Under the pieces are notes generated by a model. That model was given only the letters and a program-made list of their open reading frames with translations. It was not told the origin of the DNA and searched no databases. Source: Mobula hypostoma (lineage: Eukaryota). From it: DNA of 64,000 nt. A program made the position numbers and the translations under genes. The stretch lies in NCBI RefSeq assembly GCF_963921235.1, contig NC_086097.1:132496001-132560000 (forward strand), in the 5' to 3' direction. Within the stretch, counting starts at the first letter, position 1; the number at the start of each line of letters is the position of its first letter. This document shows, piece by piece, positions 50,277 to 63,746 of this stretch.

Positions 50277-50936
50277 ATTAGATTATGAACTCACTCAGTT
50301 CTCGTTTATTGTCACTTAGTAATGCATGCATTAAGCAATGATACAATGTTCCTCCAGTATGATATCACAGAAACACAAGACAGACCAAGACTAAAACTGA
50401 CAAAAACCACATAATTACAACATATAGTTACAACAGTGCAAAGCAGTATCGTAATTTGATAAGAGCAGACCATGGGCACGGTAAAAAAAAGTCTCAAATT
50501 TCCAATAGCCCCATCATCTCACGCAGACGGTAGAAGGAAGAAAAACTCTCCCTGCTGTGAACCCCCAGTGCTGCAAACTTGCCGATGCAGCATCCTGGAA
50601 GCACCTGACCACAGTCTGACCTAGAGTCCGTCTGAAAACTTTGAGCCTCCGACCAGCCCTCCGACACCGAGCACCATCTCTGCCGAGCGCTTCGACCTCG
50701 GCCCCGGCCGCTAAGTAGCAGGCAAAGCCGAGGATACGGGGCCTTCCCCTCCAGGGATTTTGGATCGCACAGTAGCAGCGGCAGCGAAACAGGCATTTCA
50801 GAAGTTTCAACAGATGTTCCTCTGTGCTCTCACGTCTGTCTCCACCAAATCAGCATTGTGCACGGCATCCTACTTGACAGATAACCAATATTCATTCCGG
50901 AGTGGCCGCTGCGCGCTGCGTCGTGCCACCATTTTC
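50277..50936 (-). mobile_element. Non-autonomous LINE-like element with a CpG-rich 5' end and a Rex1-like tail
   Basis: Minus strand starts AAAATGGTGGCACGACGCAGCGCGCAGCGG and ends GTGACAATAAA...AATCTAATC, similar to the tail at 63721-63746. Confidence 0.6.
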
Positions 50937-52207
50937 TTTTGAGGATGTAGACTTGACTTGCCTTTCAACCCTTGATCAATTGCATAGCCCCCAAAATGGT
51001 AATACTCTCCTGAATGGATGTTCCAGGTTTGCGTGCAAAACTAAGTGGTGGCTGATGCATTGAGTACTCAAGGATCCCATTGATGCTGAAACCTTCCAAG
51101 ATCAGTTGAGTAAGTTTTTGCACTAGCTACGCACGTTTTGATCCAAGCCATATCAAGTTGAGTGGAACAGCGGTGCATCCGGTAGAGGTTCTGTTCAGAA
51201 CTCCAGTGAGCCAGGCTCAATCCCGATCGCTGTGTTGTGTTTGCACATTTTCCCTTTGACTGCATGCACTTCCTGCGGGTGCTGCAGTTTCCTTCCACAT
51301 CCCAAAGTAGTGATCGATGGGTTAACTGACCACTGTAAGTTGCCCCTGATGTGCCAATGGTAGAATCTGGGAGGACGTAACGTTAATGGAAAAGGATAAC
51401 ATGGAATTATTGTAAGATTATTGCAAACAGGTGCTTGATAGTTGAAGCATCTCAATGGGTTGAAGGGCCCACTTCTGTGTGGTGTGTTTCTGTGAATCTA
51501 AGCTTTTCATAATTCTGGGAGAGAATCAATGATATATGTAATAGAATATTTTCTTTTAAGTAAGAAAGAGTAAAAACTTATTTAAAGGGACAAGCTAATT
51601 TTTCTGAGCTGTCTCGGACCACTCAAGTTCCGATGAATTTTAGGCTCAATTCTATTTTTATATCTGACACACAAAAGTGATTTCTATTTGTTATTTAAGC
51701 TTTAATCTGTGCTCACTAGACAGTCCTATTCTAGAAAAGTCCCTCCGCATCACACACTTAGAAAATGAAATGTCTGCCTGAGGTAATTAGAATTTAGAAC
51801 TTCTGTTGTACGTCTTAACAATTTCTTATAGTAATATTGCAAGAATACTTGTTTGTTTTCAAGTGATAGTTTTAACCTCACCAAAACAAAAATCTGATTT
51901 ACGTAGTATTTCTTCCCTATCCCTTTAGCACAGCCACAGTCTAGTAGAAGATTAATATTTCAGAACTTGTCATGGGCAGTTTCCCTTGACTCTGTCACTG
52001 CCTATGTGTGACAAGCTATTTATCATGTTGCTGAGTGTCAGCATTAAATTATCCCCGCTGTTATGACAGGAACATTATTCATCAGGATTACAGCCTGGTA
52101 CAAGGGCTGCTTACAGCTGTTACCATCTTCAGTGCCTTATCCATTTCTTTTTCTTTCTTACACACAATGGGGCCATCAACACAGAATTTCACCTTTTGCA
52201 TGTTGAT

Positions 52208-52272
52208 TTGTGTGTGTGTGTGCGTGCGCGTGCGTGTGCGTGTGTATATGTGTGTTTCTGTGTTTGTGTGTG
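52208..52272. repeat. Compound (TG)n/(TGCG)n microsatellite
   Basis: Read directly from the sequence. Confidence 0.9.
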
Positions 52273-55200
52273 CATTTATTTTGGCAGCTTTTTTTCATGA
52301 AAATTCCTTTGAAAAGAAAAATTAAACCGAAGTATTGCTGATGCAGAATTGGGCCAAAGCAAAATGTTATAAGGGAAATAGTCAGTAATATTATGAGTAT
52401 CAGCAGGAAGACAATCTCCTAAGGAGTTATATCAATGTGAGGACAGAAAATTATTCCTCACACCTCAAGTACTTTCAATAATTCATCTGCCTGTCAGGAT
52501 AAAATTATTTTACTCCACCTATATAAGAAATAGTGAATACCTACAAAGGTTTTAGTAGAATGTATCATTGGACTTGTTTCAATGACACTCTTGAACCATG
52601 AGTTCCAGCGAAATTATAAGCAATTTTTTTCATGTTCTATTTAAGTGATGTAGGCACCATGGGTTCAACCATTCTGTTGGCATGTTGGCATTTTGCTGAT
52701 GGCCCAGTTATTGTAATAAAATGCCAGCAGGGCCAGATGGAATTAGTGACAGTTCTCCCATTTAAAGGTGGCTTGGAAGCATTTGGGTAGGTACTTGGAT
52801 TGGATAGAAATGGGTCAAATTCAGAAAAATTTGATTAGCCTACAGTCAGAATGGACAAGTCAGGATGAAAGATCTGTTTCCATGCTGTACAACTCTACAT
52901 CTCCATGACTCTATGACTTACAGTGGCGAACCCACCCAGGGGAACTGTGCCAGGTTAATTGTTCCCATTCTACATACACAAGATCCCACTACCTCTCAGA
53001 TCACCCACTGGAGGAGTGGGTAGTAGCAATCAGAGAGTTTATATAGTTGGTCTACAGTAGCTCCCCCCAGCCCTGCCCCAGTGGCTGAAGAATTACTCCT
53101 CTATTCAGTGTCAATTCAGAGACATGATGGACATGATCTTCAGGAACTGATTTCAGTGAAGACACTCTAAGACAGCATCATTGCCCTGACACATTTTCTC
53201 AATCCCTCTGGATGAACTATTGAATCTAGCCCCCACAAAATGTTTTGCAGGAGTAGAGCTAACTCTCAGAACTGCAGTTTCTATACACTGGAACAAAAGA
53301 ACAGGGGGCCAATATCCAGGAGACGATGTGAAGTTCTCAGGAATAGGAAACAAGGTTTATTCTCACAAGAGTCAACCAACAAACAGGCAGCTTCTTGCTG
53401 TGGTCACAGGTTTTTTATCCTGCTGTTTGATGGGAAGCAGGTGCGTGTAGTTAGTGGTACTTGGGAATGATTAGGATCTAAATGAGGTGATCGAGGCCCA
53501 AATCTTGAGGCAAATGGCAAGGTGGGGGATTGCCAGAAGAGTCCATGACAGGATGTTATTTGAATTGGTGTACACTTACAGGTTGAGCTCCAAGCCAATG
53601 ATGGCTCATTTGCCAAAAAATTTCAGATGATGGGCCTTATACTCAACACTTGCAAGGTGACAAACTCCTACCAACCTCTCCCCAGTTTACTACGCTGCCT
53701 GACAGTTATATTAAACTATAAATGCTCATGGTGAGAATCTGGAAAACCATAACCACCTACCTCCCTCAGGAGCCACTGCACAATGAAGACAAACATCGAA
53801 CATAAAATTCACCACACCCTTCCATACCCTACTAAAGCCCTAGGTTGGCATCACAATCCAGGTTAAATCTTGATTTTGCCTCTACTTTATGAATGTAATT
53901 TACACAATCTTTGTGATTTCATGGGCTTTCTCTGGGTTCCATTGTTACCACTCATTTCCCAATGACAGGCAGGGTGGCTGGTTAACTGGCTTCTCCAAAT
54001 TACTCCTGGTGTTTGTGTGAGTGGTGAATTCTGGCAAGGAGTTGAGGGGAATGTGTGTGAATAAAATAATTGTAAATAAAATACAGATTTCACTGGCAGA
54101 GTGATCTTTTTCCATGCTGTGACTCTATGGCTCTAAACAACAGAGCAATAGGGCAAACTAAACTGTTGGTCAAAGTATTTGGTTAATTCTCAATGGGCTT
54201 TTCCTCTGCTGTGAATAAAACACTAACTCTACTCCCAGCCTTCTGAAAGAAAGGCAGGTCTTTCATACAACATAAAAAAGACCTAAGTACTTCTTATGTT
54301 ACATGACCAAATCTGACTAACATCTATGATTCAGTCCTTTCAATAACACATTGCAAATAAAAAACACAAAGAATTACTGATGCCTACTGGAATAAAAACA
54401 ATATTGTGGGTTTCCCTGAGGTTGGTTGTCATAGTTACACTAAGTCGAGGTTTTCCATTGCAAGTTCCTCAGAAGAGTGTTGATTTCAGTGTCCTACTCT
54501 CTCTCTCTCAATGCACTATAAGTCGTCGCAGTGGCCTAACAGGTGTAATGTCTGCAGGCTGTTCTTGGAGAAACATGCCACAATAGAAGTGACACTCTAC
54601 CAGACATAGGGAATTGTTGCCACTGATTTATTGAAAGGGGTAAGGGGTGGGTGGGTACTCCATAAGGGTCAAAGGCATTGGTGAAGAATAGGGCTGGCAA
54701 AAGTCATGAGCAAGGAGATGACAGAAAGAAGAGCAGACTGCCAGAGGAAGGTTCTAGGGCAGTAGGTGAGAATATGACTGCGTTCTCTGAGTACGTGCTG
54801 TTCAGGAAATGCAGGCAGGCGTCCTATCCACTTTGCTTGCTCCCATGGGCTGCAGATGAATTGTTCTGCCCTGAAAGATTGGCTTCCTTCCTGTCGCAGC
54901 AGTAAGGAGCCTAGAATCATCCGGACATTAGGAGTAGCAGTCTTGAATGGTCCTGAAGCCAGGAAGTTGAGACTGACCCTGACCCTGCTCTCCAAGGGAA
55001 AAACAGTCCAGCTAAAAGTGTGAGCTATTATCCGAGGTTGCAAAATGTCACAGATCCCAGAAAGATCAAAGAATGAAGTATGCGAGTAAGCCCTTTAAAT
55101 GCCATTGTTTCAAAATTGGGTTAATATAACCGGGACGCTCTTTGAATAACTAAAAACTATTGGTCCTCAGATGTGATAAAATGACCAGTGCTGATGAGTT

Positions 55201-55657
55201 TTGTGCGTCTCACTATCATTGATGCCTTATGGAGAAATCTTATGCTGGAACAATGGGACTGGCCTCATGAGTCCCATGCTGAGCAATAAATATACAAGTT
55301 TCCCTACGGCCATTAAGGCAACCAGCACTGAGCTGGGCACCTTAGCCCTCTGGGTCAGCAAGTTTCAATGGCACCATACTATGTTTACTCAGAGTTATGA
55401 GAATAAATTGCTGAGCCACTGTATATCGACCTTCTGGGGTCTCAGATGATGTCACTTCTCTGATGATGTCAGATACAGGAAATCCCTTTGTATTGTATTG
55501 TAATGCAACAACTTTGCATTAAGAATCAACCTAAGTATGGAGCTGCTCATTAATAAGTGCACACTTAAAATTATTTACCTATTGTGATTTATGCATGTAA
55601 ATTAAATGCCTATACAGCTGCCTGTGACAGTGCTACATTGTATAAGAAGCAAGCACA

Positions 55658-57577
55658 TTGGATAGTATCAATTCCAAAGAAGTAGCATACAAATTAGCCA
55701 GAGAAAGTGGCTCACCTGAGGACTGGGAGAAATTCAGAGTTCAGCAGAGGAGGACAAAGGGCTTAATTAGGAAGGGGAAAAAAGATTATGAGAGAAATCT
55801 GGCAGAGAACATAAAAACGGACTGTAAAAGCTTTTATAGATATGTAAAAAGGAAAAGACTGGTAAAGACAAATGTAGGTCCCCTGCAGACAGAAACAGGT
55901 GAATTGATTATGGGGAGCAAGGACATGGCAGACCAATTGAATAATTACTTTGGTTCTGTCTTCACTAAGGAGGACATAAATAATCTTCCAGAAATAGTAA
56001 GGGACAGAGGGTCCAGTGAGATGGAGGAACTGAGTGAAATACATGTTAGTAGGGAAGTGGTGTTAGGTAAATTGAAGGGATTGAAGGCAGATAAATCCCC
56101 CGGGCCAGATGGTCTGCATCCTAGAGTGCTTAAGGAAGTAGCCCAAGAAATAGTGGATGCATTAGTGATAATTTTTCAAAACTCGTTAGATTCTGGACTA
56201 GTTCCTGAGGATTGGAGGGTGGCTAATGTAACCCCACTTTTTAAAAAAGGAGGGAGAGAGAAACCGGGGAATTATAGGCCGGTTAGCCTAACGTCGGTGG
56301 TGGGGAAACTGCTGGAGTCAGTTATCAAGGATGTGATAACAGCACATTTGGAAAGCGGTGAAATGATCGGACAAAGTCAGCATGGATTTGTGAAAGGAAA
56401 ATCATGTCTGACGAATCTCATAGAATTTTTTGAGGATGTAACTAGTAGAGTGGATAGGGGAGAACCAGTGGATGTGGTATATTTGGATTTTCAAAAGGCT
56501 TTTGACAAGGTCCCACACAGGAGATTAGTGTGCAAACTTAAAGCACATGGTATTGGGGGTAAGGTATTGGTGTGGGTGGAGAATTGGTTAGCAGACAGGA
56601 AGCAAAGAGTGGGAATAAACGGGACCTTTTCAGAATGGCAGGCGGTAACTAGTGGGGTACCGCAAGGCTCAGTGCTGGGACCCCAGTTGTTTACAATATA
56701 TATTAATGACTTGGATGAGGGAATTAAATGCAGCATCTCCAAGTTTGCGGATGACACAAAGCTGGGTGGCAGTGTTAGCAGTGAGGAGGATGCTAAGAGG
56801 ATGCAGGGTGACTTGGATAGGTTGGGTGAGTGGGCAAACTCATGGCAGATGCAATTTAATGTGGATAAATGTGAAGTTATCCACTTTGGTGGCAAAAATA
56901 GGAAAACAGATTATTATCTGAATGGTGGCCGATTAGGAAAAGGGGAGGTGCAACGAGACCTGGGTGTCATTATACACCAGTCATTGAAAGTGGGCATGCA
57001 GGTACAGCAGGCGGTGAAAAAGGCGAACGGTATGCTGGCATTTATAGCGAGAGGATTCGAGTACAGGAGCAGGGAGGTACTACTGCAGTTGTACAAGGCC
57101 TTGGTGAGACCACACCTGGAGTATTGTGTGCAGTTTTGGTCCCCTAATCTGAGGAAAGACATCCTTGCCATAGAGGGAGTACAAAGAAGGTTCACCAGAT
57201 TGATTCCTGGGATGGCAGGTCTTTCATATGAAGAAAGACTGGATGAACTGGGCTTGTACTCGTTGGAATTTAGAAGATTGAGGGGGGATCTGATTGAAAC
57301 GTATAAGATCCTAAAGGGATTGGACAGGCTAGATGCGGGAAGATTGTTCCCGATGTTGGGGAGGTCCAGAACGAGGGGTCACAGTTTGAGGATAGAGAGG
57401 AAGCCTTTTAGGACTGAGATTAGGAAAAACTTCTTCACACAGAGAGTGGTGAATCTGTGGAATTCTCTGCCACAGCAAACTGTTGAGGCCAGTTCATTGG
57501 CTATGTTTAAGAGGGAGTTAGATATGGCCCTTGTGGCTACAGGGGTCAGGGGGTATGGAGGGAAAGCTGGGTTCTGA
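55658..57577 (+). CDS. CR1 ORF2 C-terminal part: intact reverse transcriptase domain, no APE endonuclease (639 codons)
   Basis: SPGPDG, NYRPVSLTS, QHGFVKGKSC, YLDFQKAFDKVPH, GVPQGSVLGP, FADD and LVRPHLEYC. The TTG 'start' is the truncation point. Confidence 0.9.
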   Translation: MDSINSKEVAYKLARESGSPEDWEKFRVQQRRTKGLIRKGKKDYERNLAENIKTDCKSFYRYVKRKRLVKTNVGPLQTETGELIMGSKDMADQLNNYFGSVFTKEDINNLPEIVRDRGSSEMEELSEIHVSREVVLGKLKGLKADKSPGPDGLHPRVLKEVAQEIVDALVIIFQNSLDSGLVPEDWRVANVTPLFKKGGREKPGNYRPVSLTSVVGKLLESVIKDVITAHLESGEMIGQSQHGFVKGKSCLTNLIEFFEDVTSRVDRGEPVDVVYLDFQKAFDKVPHRRLVCKLKAHGIGGKVLVWVENWLADRKQRVGINGTFSEWQAVTSGVPQGSVLGPQLFTIYINDLDEGIKCSISKFADDTKLGGSVSSEEDAKRMQGDLDRLGEWANSWQMQFNVDKCEVIHFGGKNRKTDYYLNGGRLGKGEVQRDLGVIIHQSLKVGMQVQQAVKKANGMLAFIARGFEYRSREVLLQLYKALVRPHLEYCVQFWSPNLRKDILAIEGVQRRFTRLIPGMAGLSYEERLDELGLYSLEFRRLRGDLIETYKILKGLDRLDAGRLFPMLGRSRTRGHSLRIERKPFRTEIRKNFFTQRVVNLWNSLPQQTVEASSLAMFKRELDMALVATGVRGYGGKAGF

Positions 57578-57671
57578 GTTGGATGATCAGCCATGATCAT
57601 AATAAATGGTGCAGGCTCGAAGGGCCGAATGGCCTACTCCTGCAGCTATTTTCTATGTTTCTATGTTTCTA
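55658..57671 (+). mobile_element. Young 5'-truncated CR1 LINE
   Basis: Uninterrupted ORF, short 3' UTR with the GGCTCGAAGGGCCGAATGGCC hairpin region, and a (TTTCTATG)n tail. Confidence 0.95.
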
Positions 57672-60017
57672 TTACTTGACTTCACTGCCTATATGAACAC
57701 AATATTAACGCACACAGATAGAGAAGACATCATGTTCATGCTTGAAGATACATCACAAAGATCTTTCACAAAATCAGAGCAACCTGCCTAAAATAACAGA
57801 ATCAGTAGCTGATATATCAATGAGGAAATTTATTTTGATAGCTTTACACAGTTCATATAGTTAGAAGATTTCAACTCCACCCAATAAATGGAACTGATAA
57901 ATAATCTGACCTTTATTGGAATTCTATTTTTTGCACAATTTATTTATTTTTGTTATTTATAGCAACTTTATGTCTTTGCATTTTATTGCTGATTACAAAA
58001 CAACACATTTCTTATCATATGCCAGTGATAATAAATCTGACTCTCATTTCCCGAAGCAATTAACAGGCAATGTAATCAATGAATATGCAGCAAATTCCCA
58101 TAACATAGGCAATATTAACCAGTGTGCATTTTACATAGTAAGTGAAGGGAATGGGATATCTCTCTCATTGTTTTTCACTTGAGAATACAGAAAGGCCATT
58201 GCATAATCTTCTCACATTTGACAGTGCAGACTTTCCTCTTCAATGCACTGATGTTCCAGTTTTGATTGTGTGCTCAGGTTGCAGGAGAAGGTTTTGAAAC
58301 TTCTCCTTCTGCCTCAGGGTCAGCTTTGTTACCCATTCAACCTCATCTAAGTAGCAAATCTGAACAATAAATTGTGTTCGCTCAGTACCTTCCTGCAATG
58401 ATCATTAGGTACTTCACAGGATCACTGTAAACCTCAAACTGGAGGGAATAGGCTGACGTTGAGAGGGGAAAGATTTAACAGGACCTTGAGAAGCAATCTA
58501 TCCGTTGTCAGTTCTACATGATTGGGAGCCTTGTTAACTTACACTATTTGATTTTACAATTACTTTTCCTAAGTGTAACAATATTTCTCCTACTATTTGT
58601 ATTATTGCTATGTTTTGTTTCTATACTTCGAAACTAATAAAAAGATTGAAAAAGAAAGAAAGAAGAGAAGCAATCTGTTTACACAGAGGGTTTATGCAAT
58701 GAACTGCCATAAGAGGTGTTTGAGGCCTATTCAATAACAGACAGTTAGACAGGTACAGTATATGGATAGGAAAGGTTTCGAAGCTCATAGGCCAAATAAG
58801 TGTAAATTGGACTAGTTTAGATGGGCATTTTGGTTGGCATGATTCCAAAACAGGACTTGTTTCTGTGTTGTATGACTCTATGATACTCCGAGCATTTGTA
58901 AGTAAAATTTGTTTAATAGCAATATTTCACTTGGAAATATTGTTGATCACAGTGTGATTTTGAACTGTGCAAAAGTCTTAGGCACATACTGTATATGTAG
59001 TTAGGGTGTCTAAGACTTTTGCACAGCAATACTGTAGTAAAAAAACAACAAATTTCATGACATATGTGAGTGATGATAAACCTGATTCTGATATGGGCCT
59101 CTATTGGGGACTGAGAGTAGGAAGGGGGCACAAAGAGTGGAATCATGGTGGGGAAAAGGGGAAGGGAGAGGGGAGGGAGGAAGAAACACCAGAAAGACAT
59201 TCTGTAATGATCAATAAACGGATTGTTTGTAATCAAATGACTTTGAATGGCGTCTCAGAGGTAGGGGTATCTACACCCCCTTGTCCCTGGTACTGCTTCT
59301 CCGTCACCTATTCCACACCCCTTACAGAGTGGTTCACCCTCACTATTCCCAGCATCTTTTGCTCCCGCCAGATTTATAAACTTGCTCTCCATTCCAAGTT
59401 AACAAGTACAGTACAGTATGTATATGGTCTTTTATAAAGCTAGATAACCAAAAACTTGGACAAGGACTCAGACTTGAGAACTGTTACAAAGAGAAGCAAA
59501 AATACTTAAGGGAAGTATCCTAGAGTTAGAGTCTTGGCAAGTGGAGGCATAGGCAATAATAACGGAACAATTAAATTCAGCGTGTCCACAGTCCTGGAGG
59601 ATGGAGGGGCTGGGGAAGCCTGCACTGGTGTGGACAAGGGATGAGGCCACAGAGGAGTTTGAAATGAAAGATGAATCATATAGTTAGACATCATGGAAAC
59701 AGGCTATTTGGTCCACAACATCCATGCTGACTCATTGATATCCTTCCACAGTAATACTATCAAAGGGCAAGTCTTATTGTTATATACCCAAGTACATGAA
59801 TGTACAGATGCAGTGAAAACTTACTTGTAGCAGCATCATGGGCATATAGGATCATATATACAACATATACAAGAAAGACATAATTTAGACATATGAGGGA
59901 TGATTATAAGTTCCTGGCCTAAGGTAGAAGGAGTCAATTTCAGAAAACCTAGTACATTTATTTTTCAACATAGTCCCCTCCTACATGTACACACTTAGTC
60001 CAGCGATCATGGAGCAT

Positions 60018-62034
60018 ATAGAAGTATAGCATAGCAAAGATGAGTGGGAAGCCGGAGGATTGGAAAACTTTTAAAGAGCAACAGAGATAACTAAAAAGGT
60101 AATACACGGAGAAAAAAATGAGGTATGAAGGTAAACTAGCCAAGAATATAAAGGAGGATAGTAAAAGCTTCTTTAGGTATGTGAAAAGGAAAAAAATAGT
60201 TAAGACCAAAATTGGGCCCTTGAAGACAAAAAAGGGTGAATTTATAATGGGGAACAAGGAAGTGGCAGATGAGTTGAGCAGGTACTTTGGATCTGTCTTC
60301 ACCAGCGAAGACACAAACAATCTCCCAGATATAATAGTGACAAAAGGACCTAGGGTAATGGATGAACTGAAGGAAATTTATATTAGGCAGGAAGTGGTGT
60401 TGGATAGACTGTTGGGGCTGAAGGCTGTTAAGTTCCCGGGACCTGATGGTTTGCATTCCAGGGTACATAAGGAGGTGGCTTTAGAAATCATGGATGCATT
60501 GGTAATCATTTTCCAATGTTCTATAGACTCAGGATCAGTTCCTGTGGATTGGAGGGTGGCTAATGTTGTCCCACTTTTCAAGAAAGGAGGGAGAGAGAAA
60601 ACGGAATTATAGACTGGTTAGCCTGATGTCAGTGGTGGGAAAGATGCTGGAGTCAATTATAAAAGATGAAATTATGACACACTTGGATGGCAGTAACAGG
60701 ATAGGTCCGAGTCAGCATGAATTTACGAAGGGGAAATCGTGCTTGACTGATCTTCTGGAATTTTTTGAGGATGTAACTATGAAAATGGACAAGGGAGAGC
60801 CAGTGGATGTAGTGTACCTGGACTTTCAGAAAGTCTTTAATAAAGTCCCACATAGGAGATTAGTGGGCAAAATTAGGGCACATGGTATTGGGAGCAGAGT
60901 ACTGACATGGACTGATAATTGGCTGGCTGACAGAAAACAAAGAGTAGCGATTAATGGGTCCCTTTCGGAATTGCAGGCAGTGACCAGTGGGGTACCACAG
61001 GGTTCAGTGCTGGGACCGCAGCTGTTTACAATATACATTAATGATTTAGATGAAGGGATTAAAAGTAACATTAGCCAATTTGCAGATGACACAAAGCTGG
61101 GTGGCAGTGTGAAATGTGAGGAGGATGGTATGAGAATGCAGGGTGACTTGGACAGGCTGGGTGAGTGGGCGGATGCATGGCAGATGCAGTTTAATGTGGA
61201 TAAATGTGAGGTTATCCACTTTGGTGGAAAGAACAGGAAGGCAGATTATTATCTAAATGGAGTCAAGTTAGGAAAAGGGAAGTACAACAAGATCTAGGTG
61301 TTCTTGTACATCAGTCACTGAAACACTGAAAGCAAGCATGCAGGTACAGCAGGCAGTGAAGAAAGCTAATGGCATGCTGGCCTTCATAACAAGGGGAATT
61401 GAGTATAAGAGCAAAGAGGTCCTTCTGCAGCTGTACAGGGCCCTGGTGAGACCACACCTGGAGTACTGTGTGCAGTTTTGGTCTCCAAATTTGAGGAAGG
61501 ATATTCTTGCTATTGAGGGAGTGCAGTGTAGGTTCACAAGGTTAATTCCCGGGATGGCGGGACTGTCATATGTTGAAAAATTGGAGCAACTGGGCTTGTA
61601 TGCACTGGAATTTAGAAGGGTGAGAGGGGATCTGATTGAAACATATAAGATTATTAAGGGATTGGACACGCTGGAGGCAGGAAGCATGTTCCCGCTAATG
61701 GGTGAGTCCAGAACCAGAGGCCACAGTTTAAGAATAAGGGGTAGGCCATTTAGAACAGTTGTGGAAAAACTTTTTCACCCAGAGAGTGGTGTATGTGTGG
61801 AATGCTCTGCCCCAGAAGGCTGTGGAGACCAAATCTGTGGATGTTTTCAAGAAAGAGATGGATAGAGCTCTTAAAGATAGTGGAATCAAAGGTTATGTGG
61901 ATGAGGCATGAACTGGATACTGATTATGGATGAACAGCCATGATCACAGTGAATGGCAGTGCTGGCTCAGAGGGCCGAATGATCTACTCCTGCACCTATT
62001 GTCTATTGTCTGTTGATCCCTTCTTTGCAGAAGT
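60018..62034 (+). mobile_element. 5'-truncated CR1 with frameshifted ORF2 (RT)
   Basis: ORFs 60118-60612, 60563-61297 and 61338-61865 are collinear with 55658-57577; FADD motif; (TATTGTC)n tail. Confidence 0.93.
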
Positions 62035-62473
62035 GGGCCACAGCAGGAGTGATTGATAAGTTCGTGGCCCAGGGTAGAAAGAGGTGACTTATTAACTTCA
62101 AACCTTCTGCATTATCACTCAAAGAGTTAAACTGCACGTGCATGTAACAAGAGTGTCTTGGACCTCCAGGTGGTCCACAGCAGGGGTGATTTATAAGTTT
62201 GTGGCCTAAGGTAGAAGGAGCTGAGTTATACAGCTCTTGTTACATGCACGTGCAGTTGAACTCTTTCAGTGAAAATGCAGAACGTTTGAAGTTAATAACT
62301 CATCTCCTTCTACCCTAGGCCATGAACTTATCAATCACCCCTGCTGTGGACCACTTCTGGAGGTCCAAGACGCCAACTTCTACAAAGAGGGGATCCGTAT
62401 GCTCCACGACCGCTGGACTAAGTGTGTAAATGTAGGAAAAATAAATGTGCCAGGTTTTCTAAAATTGATTCCT

Positions 62474-63746
62474 ACTGCCCTCTACCCTGAAGCCCCATCA
62501 ATTTGCCTATCATACTAACAGGTCAACAGAGGATGCCATCTCCACAGCACTTCACTCTGCCCTGACCCACCTGGACAGCCCTAATTTTTACGTCAGAATG
62601 CTGTTCATTGACTTTAGTTCGGTATTCAATACTGTGATCTCCTCCAAGCTGATCACCAAATTTTGCCAGCTTGGTATCAGCATATCCCTCTGCAATTGGA
62701 CTTTGGACTTTCTGATTAACAGACCCCAATCAGTTAAGTTAGACAACCTCTCCTCCTCCACTCTCACCCTGAACACCGGCGTGCCTCAAGGCTGTGTACT
62801 GAGCTCTCTTCTGTACTCCCTTTTCACCTATGACTGCGTTCCTGTACATGGTTCTAACTCCATAATCAAGTTCGCAGACGACACCACGGTGGTTGGTCTG
62901 ATCAGAGGGGATGACGAGACAGCCTACAGGGACGAGGTCCAGCACCTGGCTGCGTGGTGTGCCGACAACAATCTAACCCTTAACACCCAGAAGACCAAGG
63001 AGATCATTGTGGACTTCAGGCATGCTAGGAGCCACACTCTCGTCCCCATCTACATCAACGGAACTATAGTGGAGCGTATATCAAACTTTAAATTCCTTGG
63101 TGTCCACATTTCCGAGGATCTCACCTGGTCCCTGAACTCCTCCATCCTGATCAAAAAGGCGCAACAGCGCCTTTATTTCCTGTGGAGCATCAAGAAAGCT
63201 CACCTCTGTCCCAGGATACTGACGGACTTTTACCACTGTACCATTGAGAGCATACTCACCAACTGCATCTCAGTGTGGTATGGCAATTGTCCCATATCAG
63301 ACTGCAAAACACTCCAGCGTGCGGTGAAAATTGCCCAGTGGATTATCGGCACCCAATTGCCCACCATTGTGAACATCTACCATAAACGCTGCCTGGGCAG
63401 GGTGAAAAGCATTATCAGGGATGCATCAAACCCAAACCATGGACTTCTTACTCTCCTCCCATCCGGTAGATGCTATAAGAGCCTCCACTCCCGCACCAGC
63501 AGGCACAGGAAGAGCTCCTTCCCTGAGGCTGTGACACTGCTGAACCTCTCATCACAGCGCTAAGCAGTATTGCATCTGTATTGTACTGTCTCAGTACTTT
63601 TATATTTGTGTGCTGTAGCACTTTTTTTATTTGCAGTTATTTTGTAAATAACACTATTCTTTGCATTTCTGGTCAGATGCTAAATGCATTTCATTGGCTT
63701 TGTATCTGTACTCGGCACAATGACAATAAAGTTGAATCTAATCTAA
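62474..63746 (+). mobile_element. 5'-truncated Rex1/Babar-type LINE
   Basis: Open RT frame, 3' UTR, AATAAA and (AATCT)n tail. Confidence 0.88.
62598..63563 (+). CDS. Rex1/Babar-type RT C-terminal part (frame open from ~62475)
   Basis: QFAY..NRSTEDA upstream, [55 protein letters not shown] and PSGR.Y.S. Confidence 0.85.
   Translation: MLFIDFSSVFNTVISSKLITKFCQLGISISLCNWTLDFLINRPQSVKLDNLSSSTLTLNTGVPQGCVLSSLLYSLFTYDCVPVHGSNSIIKFADDTTVVGLIRGDDETAYRDEVQHLAAWCADNNLTLNTQKTKEIIVDFRHARSHTLVPIYINGTIVERISNFKFLGVHISEDLTWSLNSSILIKKAQQRLYFLWSIKKAHLCPRILTDFYHCTIESILTNCISVWYGNCPISDCKTLQRAVKIAQWIIGTQLPTIVNIYHKRCLGRVKSIIRDASNPNHGLLTLLPSGRCYKSLHSRTSRHRKSSFPEAVTLLNLSSQR

Noticed and set aside
54803..55023. Plus-strand frame reading SGNAGRRPIHFACSHG..., resembling an ankyrin repeat start
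   Set aside because: The similarity covers only ~12 residues, the rest lacks the ankyrin pattern, and there is no convincing donor site.
62040..62350. Recurrent ~38-bp units resembling a CRISPR array
   Set aside because: Mixed orientation, non-unique spacers, identity with the mariner TIR, eukaryotic context and no cas genes.
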